Shown in pieces: positions 17,733 through 28,102 of a stretch of 63,141 bases of DNA. Below the pieces are notes generated by a model. It had not been told where the DNA came from. It saw only the letters and a program-made list of their open reading frames with translations, and searched no databases. The stretch spans positions 1-63,141 of the forward strand of contig CAVVUN010000014.1 in assembly GCA_963751455.1 (NCBI GenBank). The letters are read 5' to 3'. The translations under genes were made by a program, and so were the position numbers. This DNA is from Nitrospirota bacterium. GTDB taxonomy: Bacteria; Nitrospirota; UBA9217. How positions within the stretch are numbered: the first letter of the stretch is position 1; each line of letters opens with the position of its first letter.

Positions 17733-18888
17733 GATCATTCCTCACCGCCTCTCCAGGGAGATTCCCGGCTTCCCGGGTTCTAACAGGCCGACCGCGGCTT
17801 TCATAGATCTCGATGCTCTCACTCATAATTTCACGGTAGCCGCCCGCATTGCCGACGGACGAAAAATCCTGGCTGTTGTGAAGGCGCGAGCGTACGGACA
17901 CGGAGCTGTAACCGTATCGCGCCTTGTTCTGGGCCTGGGCGCCGACATGCTCGGCGTCGCCCTGCTTGAGGAGGGAAGGGAACTGCGGGAAGCGGGGATT
18001 GATGCCCCTGTTCTTGTCATGGGTGCGGTCGTTTCTGAGCAGGCGGAGGAGATTGTGTCCCTTGGTCTTACTCCGGTAGTCTATACGGACACTGTCGCGC
18101 ATGCCCTTTCCGCAGCGGCGCTCAAGCAGGGGACCCGGGTTGCGCTGCATGTTAAGATTGACAGCGGGATGGGGCGGATCGGCATTGATCCGGAAGCAGG
18201 GGCCGATTTTATCGAGCATCTTCAAAATCTGCAGGGAGTCACGGTGCAGGGCCTCATGACCCACTTTGCGGATGCGGATCTCCGGGATAAAATGTTCGCT
18301 TCCCGTCAAATGGACCGGTTTGAAGCGCTCTGCAAAGCGCTTGAAGCGAAAGGGATAAGGATACCGCTTCGCCACGCTGCCAACAGCGCGGCGCTTCTCG
18401 ATTACGGGCGGGCTCTCTTTTCCATGGTGCGGCCGGGGATCATGTTGTATGGGTACGATCCGCTCGAAACTGAGTCACCAGCCGCTGACCTGAGGCCGGT
18501 ACTCTCGCTCGCTACGCGCATTGTGTTTATCAAAAAAGTCCACGCAGGTGTTCCCATCAGTTACGGCCGTACCTACGTAACCAGGCGCGAAAGCCGTATT
18601 GCCACCATCCCGATAGGGTATGCGGACGGCTACAGCCGCAGCCTCTCGAACAAGGGCGAAGCGATTGTTCGCGGAGTGAAAGTTCCGGTTGCCGGCAGAG
18701 TCTGCATGGACATGTGCATGCTCGATGTGACCGATGTGCCGGGTGTGAGCGAGGGCGACGAGGTCGTACTGATCGGGACGCAGGGAAGCGAGAGAATCAC
18801 TGCCCGGGATGTTGCCGCGAAGACAGGGACGATACCGTATGAAGTTCTGTGCGGCATCAGCAGCCGGGTGCCGAGAATCGCGGCATAA
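17713..18888 (+). CDS. alr: Alanine racemase
   Basis: AVVKARAYGHG, KIDSGMGRIG, HAANSA, ISYG, GYADG, GRVCMD, IPYE. Confidence 0.96.
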   Translation: MRARSTEIIPHRLSREIPGFPGSNRPTAAFIDLDALTHNFTVAARIADGRKILAVVKARAYGHGAVTVSRLVLGLGADMLGVALLEEGRELREAGIDAPVLVMGAVVSEQAEEIVSLGLTPVVYTDTVAHALSAAALKQGTRVALHVKIDSGMGRIGIDPEAGADFIEHLQNLQGVTVQGLMTHFADADLRDKMFASRQMDRFEALCKALEAKGIRIPLRHAANSAALLDYGRALFSMVRPGIMLYGYDPLETESPAADLRPVLSLATRIVFIKKVHAGVPISYGRTYVTRRESRIATIPIGYADGYSRSLSNKGEAIVRGVKVPVAGRVCMDMCMLDVTDVPGVSEGDEVVLIGTQGSERITARDVAAKTGTIPYEVLCGISSRVPRIAA

Positions 18889-19001
18889 GAACAACGTTTA
18901 GGCATGAATTTGTTCCGGGGAGCGGTGGGCGTTCTCCGGAATTTTAATAAAGCGGCAAATCACTCGTGCGCATTCTTCAGCAGGAACGGTCAACCGGCCC
19001 T

Positions 19002-19772
19002 ATGAATAACTGGCTTGAGAACGTCGGAAAGAGAATCTTCTCCATGCTGACCGAAATGGGGAAAGTAGTGACGTTCCTTGCTCAAACCGTCCGCTGGACA
19101 TTCAGCCGTCCTTTTTATGCAAAGAATCTGCTGAAACAGATGGAGCAGATCGGCGTTAATTCGATCCCGGTTGTTTTGACGACCGCCCTTTCTACAGGCA
19201 TGGTGCTGGCGCTCCAGAGCTACACGGGGTTTAAGCGGTTCGGGGCTGAATCCCTGATCGGTACGGTAGTCACACTCTCCATGACCCGCGAGCTCGGTCC
19301 TGTTCTGACCGGACTGATGGTAGCAGGCCGGGCAGGCGCAGCAATGGCTGCGGAGCTGGGCACCATGAAAGTGACCGAACAGATCGACGCGCTTGAAACG
19401 CTCGCCACGAACCCTATGAAATATCTTGTTGTTCCACGGTTCGTTGCCAGCACCGTGATGATGTTCTTTCTCACGGTCCTGGGAATGATCATCGGTACTT
19501 CCGGCGGATATTTCGTCGGTGTAAAAGTTCTCGGGACGAACCCGGTCACCTACATAAGCCAAAGCATTGACAACACAGAAGTTACGGACATCTGGTACGG
19601 CTTGATCAAGGCGCTTGTATTTGGAGCGGTGATCGGTCTCATCGGGTGCTATAAGGGGTTCAATACGGAGGGCGGCGCAGAGGGCGTGGGCAAGGCAACG
19701 ACCGGTGCGGTCGTGGTATCGTGTATGCTCATTCTCATCCTCGACTATTTTCTTTCCGCGCTTCTGTGGTAG
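19002..19772 (+). CDS. mlaE: MlaE-family ABC permease
   Basis: RELGPVLTGLMVAGRAG, AELGTMKVTEQIDAL, GGAEGVG. Confidence 0.93.
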   Translation: MNNWLENVGKRIFSMLTEMGKVVTFLAQTVRWTFSRPFYAKNLLKQMEQIGVNSIPVVLTTALSTGMVLALQSYTGFKRFGAESLIGTVVTLSMTRELGPVLTGLMVAGRAGAAMAAELGTMKVTEQIDALETLATNPMKYLVVPRFVASTVMMFFLTVLGMIIGTSGGYFVGVKVLGTNPVTYISQSIDNTEVTDIWYGLIKALVFGAVIGLIGCYKGFNTEGGAEGVGKATTGAVVVSCMLILILDYFLSALLW

Positions 19773-19780
19773 TTATTGCA

Positions 19781-19940
19781 GTAACTACTCAGGTCAGCTA
19801 CTTCGCTTCGGCGCAAGGCGCGCAGGACGTGAATGGGATTTCAATAATTAGCGACAAGCCCCCCGGTTCTTTGATATTTGAGCATTGGTCGCCGCGCGCT
19901 TAATGCGCCTGTACTCAGCAGCAGACCTGAGAGTAGTTAC
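19781..19940. mobile_element. 160-bp MITE-like palindromic element
   Basis: TIR GTAACTACTCAGGTC / GACCTGAG(AG)TAGTTAC plus internal GGCGCAAGGCGCGC / GCGCGCTTAATGCGCC pairing; no ORF; no clear target duplication. Confidence 0.7.
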
Positions 19941-19955
19941 TATGTGCTTTGAATC

Positions 19956-20702
19956 ATGATCCAAATCATCGATGTTCATAAAAGCTTTGGCCCTCAACAT
20001 GTTCTCCGCGGCGCAAATCTCACGGTGGAGAAGGGCGAAAGCATGACCGTTATCGGCGGCAGCGGCAGCGGCAAGAGCGTGCTTCTCAAGCACATCATCG
20101 GGCTTCTTTTCCCGGACAAGGGCACGGTGGTCGTTGACGGACAGGTGCTGAATGACCTCGACTCGCACGGTCTCAATGAGGTACGGAAAAAATTCGGCAT
20201 GCTTTTTCAGATGGCGGCGCTTTTCGATTCTCTGAGTGTATGGGAGAACGTGGGATTTTCGCTCAAACAGCATACGAAAATGACGGATAAGGAGATCCGG
20301 ACAGTTGCGACGGAGAAGTTGGAGCTGGTGGGGCTTAGAGGGATCGAGGACAAGATGCCTATCGAGCTGTCCGGCGGAATGAAAAAAAGAGTGGGGCTCG
20401 CGAGAGCAATTGCCATAAACCCGTCTATAATTCTATACGATGAGCCGACCACGGGGTTGGATCCGATCTCTGCGGACGCGATCAATGACCTGATCATCGA
20501 TCTTCGGAAAAAACTGGGAGTGACTTCTGTGTCCATCACTCATGATATGCACAGTGCGTATAAAATCTCGGACCGGATCGCAATGCTATACAAAGGCCAG
20601 ATTCTTGAAGTCGGGACGCCTGACCAGATTAAGCAGACGTCAAATCCAATCGTTCGCCAATTTATTACAGGCAGCGCGACCGGACCTATAACGGCAGATT
20701 GA
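19956..20702 (+). CDS. mlaF: MlaF-family ABC ATPase
   Basis: GGSGSGKS, MLFQMAALFDS, LSGGMKKRV, YDEPTTGLDP. Confidence 0.93.
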   Translation: MIQIIDVHKSFGPQHVLRGANLTVEKGESMTVIGGSGSGKSVLLKHIIGLLFPDKGTVVVDGQVLNDLDSHGLNEVRKKFGMLFQMAALFDSLSVWENVGFSLKQHTKMTDKEIRTVATEKLELVGLRGIEDKMPIELSGGMKKRVGLARAIAINPSIILYDEPTTGLDPISADAINDLIIDLRKKLGVTSVSITHDMHSAYKISDRIAMLYKGQILEVGTPDQIKQTSNPIVRQFITGSATGPITAD

Positions 20703-20859
20703 TTTCGGATTTCGGATTGTAGATTGCCGAATATAACGGAATATAATAGAAATGAAGATGGTTTCAAGACAAATCCGCAATGGTTCGACCTTGCTCACCA
20801 TCATGAGCGGCTCGGCTGAGCTCGTCGAAGTCTTGTCGAATGATCCGCAATCCGTAATT
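20701..20859. repeat. Heptad palindrome with two nested hairpin insertions
   Basis: GATTTCG heptads / AATCCGC heptads; TTCGAC..GCTCA..TGAGC..GTCGAA element; inner 24-mer at 20809-20832. Confidence 0.7.
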
Positions 20860-20873
20860 GAACAGGAGCTTGC

Positions 20874-22334
20874 ATGGCTAAATTAACTACAGAAGCGAAG
20901 GTAGGGCTGCTCGTTCTTGCCAGTTCCGTAGTCCTTCTGTATACAACGCTTATCATAGGAAAATACCAGTTCGGGGAAGAAAAAGGTTACGAACTGTCGG
21001 CCGTATTTCAATCAGTGGCAGGGCTTGACGAAAAAGCCGATGTCCGCATGGCGGGAGTCAAGATCGGAAGGGTCGAAAGAGTGGAACTCGTCGACAGCCA
21101 CGCCAAGGTCGTAATGCGCATCTATAGCCATGTTCATATCAAGCGCGGCTCGCAGGCGGCCATCAAAACCGAGGGCCTGCTCGGTGACAAATTCGTGGAA
21201 ATTGTTCCTGTGGCGGGGGCCGGCAGCACTGAATTGTCGGCCGCGCCGGGCGGGGTAGGCGGCGAAAACGGCGCCGGGGCCGGCGGCGGGCAGAAAAAGC
21301 AGCGAGAGCTCCAGCCCGGAGAGACGATTGAGGCAACGATGTCCCCGAGTGATGTAGATAAACTGATCAACCAGCTAAGCGCTATCTCGGACGATATTAA
21401 GCAGGTGACCGCATCCCTCCGGCAGGTCTTCGGGACTGAACGCGGTGCACGGTCCATGGAAGATATCCTTATCGATCTTCGTAAAACCATGGCAAACATG
21501 CAGGAGTTTACCTATACGCTCAATAACGACGGCAGCCAGTTAGTCAGGCAATTGAACGAACTGGTAGTAAATCTGAACGGCGTCGTTGGGGAAAACCGCG
21601 ACAATCTCAAGATGACCATGGAGAACGTGCGTGAAGCCTCAAAGAATGCTGAATTGGCTCTGGCTTCGATAGAGAGTGCGGCCAGGAAGATTGATCGGGG
21701 TGAAGGGACTCTCGGCAAACTGGTCAGCGACGACACCATGTATAACAGTATCGACAGCGCGGCCAAAGGTCTGAGCAGCTACGTAGGGCGGGTAGAACAG
21801 ATGCAGACGATCGTCGGTTTCAGGAGCCAGTATATGTTCCCCGAGGTGCAGAACTACTTCTCACTGGAGCTCAAACCGCAGCGGGACCAGTATTATATCT
21901 TCGAAATGACGTCCGACCCGTTTGGAAAGTACAGAAGGACCGAAACAGTCACGTCTCCTCCGGGGGATACCATCGTGACAGAGACCTTTGACGATAAATT
22001 CAAGTTCAGCCTCGAATTCGTCAAGCGTTGGGGCAACCTGGCAATCCGTCTGGGTGTCATTGAGTCCACCGGCGGCGCCGGCGCGGATTATTATGCCTTT
22101 AACGACAAGGTCAAGTTCAGCATAGATGCCTGGAACTTCAATACAGAGGAACCGGGTAACGAGAATACCCATATGAAGGGAACGCTCAATTACAGCTTGA
22201 CCAATGTCCTGTATATCAATGCCGGATATGACAATTTCCTGAACAAGGATCGGGCAACCGGTTTTGTCGGCGCAGGCGTCCGGTTCAATGACGAAAATCT
22301 GAAATATCTGCTGGGGAGTATCCCGATTCCCTAG
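20874..22334 (+). CDS. mlaD: Long MlaD/MCE protein with helical region and beta-rich C-terminal domain
   Basis: N-terminal TM, MCE motifs (GL..ADVRMAGVKIGRV, GLLGDKFVEI), GEGTLGKLV, alternating beta-strand C-terminus. Confidence 0.85.
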   Translation: MAKLTTEAKVGLLVLASSVVLLYTTLIIGKYQFGEEKGYELSAVFQSVAGLDEKADVRMAGVKIGRVERVELVDSHAKVVMRIYSHVHIKRGSQAAIKTEGLLGDKFVEIVPVAGAGSTELSAAPGGVGGENGAGAGGGQKKQRELQPGETIEATMSPSDVDKLINQLSAISDDIKQVTASLRQVFGTERGARSMEDILIDLRKTMANMQEFTYTLNNDGSQLVRQLNELVVNLNGVVGENRDNLKMTMENVREASKNAELALASIESAARKIDRGEGTLGKLVSDDTMYNSIDSAAKGLSSYVGRVEQMQTIVGFRSQYMFPEVQNYFSLELKPQRDQYYIFEMTSDPFGKYRRTETVTSPPGDTIVTETFDDKFKFSLEFVKRWGNLAIRLGVIESTGGAGADYYAFNDKVKFSIDAWNFNTEEPGNENTHMKGTLNYSLTNVLYINAGYDNFLNKDRATGFVGAGVRFNDENLKYLLGSIPIP

Positions 22335-22358
22335 TAAAGCCCCCCTCGGTGTATGTCC

Positions 22359-22387
22359 TTGACTTTTAAGGGTCGGTTTCTTAGAAT
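22359..22387 (+). promoter_or_regulatory. Sigma70 promoter for galU
   Basis: TTGACT-17 bp-TAGAAT. Confidence 0.6.
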
Positions 22388-22409
22388 GACAACGGAGAAG
22401 GAGAGTCCC

Positions 22410-23279
22410 GTGCAACGAGAGATTACGAAAGCGGTTTTCCCGGCAGCGGGCCTGGGTACGCGGTTTTTGCCTGCGACAAAGGCATCTCCGAAGGAGATGT
22501 TGCCGCTCGTGGATAAGCCGCTCATCCAGTATGTGGTCGAAGAAGCGGTCGCTTCCGGGATTGAAGAGGTCGTGCTGATTACGGGCAGGGCGAAGCGGGC
22601 GATCGAAGACCATTTTGATGTGGCCTTCGAGCTGGAGGAAGACCTCAAGGCAAAAGGCAAACACAAGCTCCTGTCCGAGGTTCAGCGTATTGCCAATATG
22701 GTGACGTTCTGCTATATTCGGCAAAAAAAAGCGCTTGGTCTGGGACATGCGGTTCTGACGTCGAAACGGGTCATTGGTGACGACCCGTTCGCCGTACTGC
22801 TCGGGGATGACATTATAGATTCTGAGACCCCGGTCCTTCAGCAGATGATCAACGTTTACAAGCGGTACCCGGCGGCAATTCTCGCAATACAAAAAGTACC
22901 CAAATCGCAGACACAGAATTACGGCATTATCGACGCAAAGAAAATCGAAGACGGTATTTATCTGGTCAAAGATCTGGTGGAAAAACCCTCCCCGGATTCG
23001 GCTCCTTCGAACCTGGCGATCATCGGCAGATACATTCTGCCATCCGGGATTTTTGAGGCGCTTGAGCGTACTAAACCGGGCAAGGGAGGCGAGATACAGC
23101 TGACGGACGGGCTCAAAATCCTGATGGAGAAGCAGCCTATCTACGCGTACGAGTTCAAGGGTGTCAGGCATGATGCCGGCGATAAACTCGGGTTTCTCAA
23201 GGCCACCGTCGAGTTTGGACTCAAAAACGAGGAATTCGGTGCGGAGTTCAGGAACTATCTGCAGAAGTTAAATCTTTAA
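22410..23279 (+). CDS. galU: UTP-glucose-1-phosphate uridylyltransferase
   Basis: PAAGLGTRFLPATKASPKEMLP, GLGHAV, VEKP, GEIQLTD; GTG start after AAGGAG. Confidence 0.96.
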   Translation: MQREITKAVFPAAGLGTRFLPATKASPKEMLPLVDKPLIQYVVEEAVASGIEEVVLITGRAKRAIEDHFDVAFELEEDLKAKGKHKLLSEVQRIANMVTFCYIRQKKALGLGHAVLTSKRVIGDDPFAVLLGDDIIDSETPVLQQMINVYKRYPAAILAIQKVPKSQTQNYGIIDAKKIEDGIYLVKDLVEKPSPDSAPSNLAIIGRYILPSGIFEALERTKPGKGGEIQLTDGLKILMEKQPIYAYEFKGVRHDAGDKLGFLKATVEFGLKNEEFGAEFRNYLQKLNL

Positions 23280-23331
23280 CGCTTCGGACGACTGACCTAA
23301 GTTCGATCCGGTTCTATTTGAGGAGGGCGGT

Positions 23332-25747
23332 TTGGCTAAGACAGAAACGAAAAACATAGATCTGCAGCAGTCCATCGAGATACCGAAAAAACTGCCTTTG
23401 CTCCCGATTCGTGATATCGTCGTCTTCCCGTACATGGTGTTGCCTCTTTTTGTCGGTCGAGAGATGTCGATCAAGGCCATCGAGATGGCCCTTGAAGGGA
23501 ACCGCATGATTTTCCTTACTTCCCAAAAGGATATCAATGTCGAGAACCCGTCGCCGTCGGATCTTTATTCCGTAGGAACGGTCGGCGTGATTATGCGGAT
23601 GCTCAAGCTGCCTGACGGCCGGATCAAGATCCTGGTCCAGGGCGTTTCACGCGCGAAGACGGTAAAGTTTATCCAGAAGGAGCCGTTCTACCAGGTTGAG
23701 ATAAAGACCTTTGGTGACTTCCCGCTTCAGGCAAACCTCGAGACCGAGGCGCTCATGCGGAATGTGAAGGAGCAGATCGAGAAACTGGTCTCGTTCGGGA
23801 AGGTCATCCTGCCCGATATCATGGTTGTGATAGAAAATGTGGACGACCCCGGGAAGCTGGCCGACCTCGCTGTCGCGAATATGGGGCTCAAGGTGGAGCA
23901 GGCCCAGGACATCCTCGAGATTGTCGACCCGGTGCAGAGGATCAAGCGTATCAACGAGGCGCTTGGCAAGGAGATTGAACTCCTGTCCATGCAGCAGAAG
24001 ATCCAGGCGGATGTGAGGGGCGAAATAGACAAAACACAACGTGAATATTTTCTGCGCGAGCAGCTAAAAGCCATTCAGCGCGAACTGGGTGAGACCGATG
24101 ATCGCTCAGAAGACATGCGGGAGCTTCGGGAGAAGATCAAGGACGCGAAAATGCCGGATAAGGCCGCAAAAGAGGCAGAAAAGCAGCTCAGGAGACTTGA
24201 ACGAATGCATCCCGATGCGGCAGAGGCGTCGATGACCAGGACCTATATCGAGTGGCTTGCGGATCTTCCATGGAGCAGGGCCACGAAGGACAACCTGGAC
24301 CTGAAAGCAGCTCATAAAGTGCTCGAGGAAGACCATTACGACCTCGAAAAAGTAAAGGAACGCATTCTCGAAGTATCTCTCGGTCAGAAAGCTGAAGGAA
24401 AAAATGAAGGGCCCGATCATCTGCTTCGTGGGCCCTCCGGGCGTAGGAAAAACGTCTCTTGGAAAATCGATCGCGCGGGCTCTGGGGCGCGAGTTTATAC
24501 GAATATCGCTCGGAGGGGTGCGGGATGAGGCGGAAATCAGGGGACATCGCAGGACGTATGTCGGCGCACTCCCGGGAAGGATTATTCAGGGAATCAAAAC
24601 GGCCGGGTATAACAATCCGGTATTCATGCTCGACGAGATAGACAAAATCGGCGCCGATTTCCGGGGCGACCCCTCGGCTGCGCTGCTCGAAGTGCTGGAT
24701 CCCGAGCAGAACAACTCGTTCAGCGACCACTACATCGGGATGCCCTTTGACCTGTCCCGGGTGATGTTCATTACTACGGCGAACATGACAGACCCTATTC
24801 CGGGGCCGCTCAAGGACCGGATGGAAATAATAAATCTCACGGGGTATACCGAACAGGAGAAGCTGGGCATTGCGAAAAGCTATCTTATCCCGCGGCAGCT
24901 GACGGAGCACGGAATATCGGAAAAGCATATCGGCATACCGGACAAAACCGTCCTCCAGGTAATAACGCATTATACCCGCGAGGCGGGAGTCCGCAACCTT
25001 GAACGTGAGATCGGACACCTGTGCCGGAAAGTAGCGCGAAAAATCGCTGAAGGTGAGAGCGGCCTGTTCACGATAACAACGGGCAACATGCACAAATATC
25101 TCGGCATCCCGAAGTTTCTGCCGGAAGTCGAGCGCGAAAAGGACGAGATCGGAGTGGTCACCGGGCTGGCATGGACTGAGACCGGCGGCGACATTCTGTA
25201 TATAGAAGCAACGACGATGCGGGGCAAGGGAACCCTTACCCTTACCGGCCACCTGGGAGACGTTATGAAAGAGTCGGCTCACGCAGCCCTTACCTATGTT
25301 CGGTCCCGTGCCGGAAAACTGGGCATTAAGCCGGAACGGTTCGGAAAGACCGATGTGCACATTCATGTGCCGGCCGGGGCGATTCCGAAAGACGGTCCCT
25401 CTGCCGGAGTCACGATGGCTACGGCCCTCGCCTCCGTTTTCACGAACGCGCCGGTCAAAAAAGATCTTGCAATGACCGGCGAGGTGACGCTGCGGGGAAG
25501 AGTGCTTCCGATCGGCGGACTCAAAGAGAAGACGCTTGCCGCAAAGCGAGCCGGCATAAAAACCATGATCATCCCCAAAGAGAACGAGAAGGACCTGGAC
25601 GATATACCGAAGAATTTGAGAAAAGATATGAAATTCATCTTTGCCGAGACAATGGACGACGTTATATCCTCTGCCCTGCGCAGCAAAAAACCGGTCAGAC
25701 GCATAGCGCACAAGAGGCTGCCGGGGAGGTCCCGGGCCACCAATTGA
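23332..25747 (+). CDS. lon: Lon protease, one +1 frameshift near 24372 (probable sequencing error)
   Basis: LPLLPIRD N-domain, [17 protein letters not shown] Ser, GGLKEK Lys; ILE|YLSVRKL restored by removing one base. Confidence 0.93.
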
Positions 25748-25847
25748 AAAGACAGCAGCCAGCGATCAGCTGTGAAAAAACACCCGATTGCTGAATGCAG
25801 AAAAAAACCGGACAGCATACGATGTATTCAGGCAATAAAACTACGGC

Positions 25848-26840
25848 ATGAGACTTTCCGAAATAGGCGAATTCGGCCTGATAGATCGCATTCGGAAGCT
25901 TTCTTCACGAAAGTCGTCTTCCACGCTGATCGGGATAGGGGATGATGCCGCAGTACTGAAGATCTCCTCTTCACGCTCCCTGTTGGTCACAACCGATCTA
26001 TTGCTTGAGGGCATTCATTTCGATCTAACCTATACGGATTTTTATTCGCTCGGCTGGAAATCGGCGGCCGTAAACCTCAGCGACATAGCTGCAATGGGAG
26101 GAGTTCCCCGGTTCTGTCTGTCAGCGCTCGGTATACCGGACGGCATCTCCGTGGAGCAGATTACTGATTTCTACCGGGGGTTCAATGCTCTTTTAAGGGT
26201 TCATTCGGCATCGCTTATCGGAGGAGATACCTGCTCCTCCAAAAAAGGACTATTTATCAGCATTACGGCGATCGGGGAAGCGGGACGTTCTGAGATCTTG
26301 ACGCGGACAGGAGCAGCGCCGGGAGACAGGATATTCGTTACCGGGACCCTGGGAGATTCGGCTGCAGGGCTGGAAATTTTAAAATCAGGTGGGAAGCGGC
26401 AGGCGACAAGCGGGAGGCGATTGATTCAAAAGCATCTTCAGCCCGTGCCGCGGGTCTCTGAAGGCAGGAAACTGGCCTTGTCAGGCTGTGCGAGCGCAAT
26501 GATGGATCTCAGCGACGGGCTCTCGTCGGATCTCCCGCATATCTGCAGGCAGAGCAGCGTGGGAGCGGAAATTCATGAAGAACGTATTCCGCTGTCAGAT
26601 GATCTGGGGCGCCTGGTCCGTACACTCACAAAACCGGTCATGCACTACGCATTATCAGGCGGAGAGGATTATGAACTGCTGTTCACGGTCCCACCCGCCA
26701 AGTCAAAGAAAATTAAATTTATGGGATTAAACGCGACTGAAATCGGGGTCATTACAACAGGGAAGACTATATTCTTGATAGGTTCCGATGGGAAAAAGCT
26801 TTTTCCCGCGTCGGGTTACGATCATTTTTCTGAACGTTAA
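25848..26840 (+). CDS. thiL: Thiamine-monophosphate kinase
   Basis: GEFGLI, GIGDDAA, NLSDIAAMG, GGDT, DLSDGL, GGEDYEL. Confidence 0.96.
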   Translation: MRLSEIGEFGLIDRIRKLSSRKSSSTLIGIGDDAAVLKISSSRSLLVTTDLLLEGIHFDLTYTDFYSLGWKSAAVNLSDIAAMGGVPRFCLSALGIPDGISVEQITDFYRGFNALLRVHSASLIGGDTCSSKKGLFISITAIGEAGRSEILTRTGAAPGDRIFVTGTLGDSAAGLEILKSGGKRQATSGRRLIQKHLQPVPRVSEGRKLALSGCASAMMDLSDGLSSDLPHICRQSSVGAEIHEERIPLSDDLGRLVRTLTKPVMHYALSGGEDYELLFTVPPAKSKKIKFMGLNATEIGVITTGKTIFLIGSDGKKLFPASGYDHFSER

Positions 26841-26875
26841 AAAAAGGCGGCTCGGAGCAGGGCAAGGTTTAAAAA

Positions 26876-27340
26876 ATGAAGTATGTCAAAGACCGGATAC
26901 GTTCTTTGTTCCAGTTGAATGATTCTCCGCACAGGCTTGCAGCCGCGTTTGCTACAGGAGTTTTTATTGCATTCAGTCCTATCGTAGGACTACATACGGT
27001 CAGCTGCTTTGTGCTTGCATGGGCTTTTCGACTAAATAAACTGGTCGTTATCACGGGCGCGACGATCAATAACCCGTGGACAATCGTTCCTATTTTCGGA
27101 TTTTCGCTCTGGTTCGGCACGAAGATCATCGGCAGTGATATCGCGACGCCCCGTATTGTCTGGAATGAACTCAGTATGGGGAACGCATACGTGGTTTTAA
27201 AACCATATCTGCTTCCTTTTGTCGCCGGTACTGTTGTTCTCGGTATTGCGGCAGCCATTTTATCCTATGCTTTGATGTACTGGGTGGTGACCAGAAAACG
27301 GGAGCGGGACGCGACGCCTTCCGCACCGCCCAGCACGTAA
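26876..27340 (+). CDS. DUF2062-family membrane protein
   Basis: DSPHRLAAAFATGVFIAFSP, NNPWT motif. Confidence 0.75.
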   Translation: MKYVKDRIRSLFQLNDSPHRLAAAFATGVFIAFSPIVGLHTVSCFVLAWAFRLNKLVVITGATINNPWTIVPIFGFSLWFGTKIIGSDIATPRIVWNELSMGNAYVVLKPYLLPFVAGTVVLGIAAAILSYALMYWVVTRKRERDATPSAPPST

Positions 27341-27406
27341 GTTTGGCAGACGGGCGTCTTTTACCAGTTCGGTATTGAGGGCTGGCATTCAGCGGACCAT
27401 AAAATA

Positions 27407-28102
27407 ATGAAGATACTCGTAATCGTGCCGGCATATAACGAGGAAGCAAGCATTCAGGGCGTTATCAACGACCTGAGAAAACATTGTTTGCGAGCGGATA
27501 TTCTGGTTGTGAATGACGGATCGAGAGACGGCACGTCCCGAGTTGCGCGCGAGCTTCGAGTAAAGGTGCTGAACCTGCCTTTTAACCTCGGTATCGGCGG
27601 CGCAATGCAGGCCGGCTACCGTTATGCAGCGAATCATGGATATGACATTGCGATCCAGTTTGACGGAGATGGTCAGCATTGCGGCTGCGAAATCGACAAA
27701 TTGGTTAAACCCGTCATAGAAGGGAAGGCTGATCTCGCGGTAGGCTCCCGGTTCCTCGAGCCGAGCGGATATCGCGCTCCCATCGTCAGGCGGATGGGCA
27801 TGTCGATATTTACGTTTGTGTTGGGGCACATTCTGGGCGTTCGTTTGACCGACACCACTTCAGGATTTCGCGCAGCAAACCGGGATGTCATATCTTTTTT
27901 TTCCCGGTCGTACCCCGAAGATTATCCCGAGGTTGAGGCGCTGGTTCTTATGCACAGAGTGGGATTGCGCATTGCAGAGGTGCCGGTAAGCATGCGAGAA
28001 CGGACAGGGGGCCGCACTTCAATAACTGCAATGAGGTCCGCTTACTATATGGTGAAAGTTCTTCTGGCTGTTTTTGTCGACCTTTTAAAAAAAGTGAGGT
28101 AA
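27407..28102 (+). CDS. GT2 glycosyltransferase, polyprenol-phosphate (DPM1-like)
   Basis: PAYNEE, NDGSRD, NLGIGGAMQAG, FDGDGQH, GSRF, DTTSGFRA. Confidence 0.85.
   Translation: MKILVIVPAYNEEASIQGVINDLRKHCLRADILVVNDGSRDGTSRVARELRVKVLNLPFNLGIGGAMQAGYRYAANHGYDIAIQFDGDGQHCGCEIDKLVKPVIEGKADLAVGSRFLEPSGYRAPIVRRMGMSIFTFVLGHILGVRLTDTTSGFRAANRDVISFFSRSYPEDYPEVEALVLMHRVGLRIAEVPVSMRERTGGRTSITAMRSAYYMVKVLLAVFVDLLKKVR

Noticed and set aside
21861-25711. Long antisense ORFs (436 aa and 507 aa, also 14010-14939 and 56356-57426)
   Set aside because: Shadow frames of conserved plus-strand genes with no recognisable motifs
23332-25747. Programmed frameshift or naturally split Lon
   Set aside because: No slippery sequence; the same one-base-insertion pattern as the other probable errors
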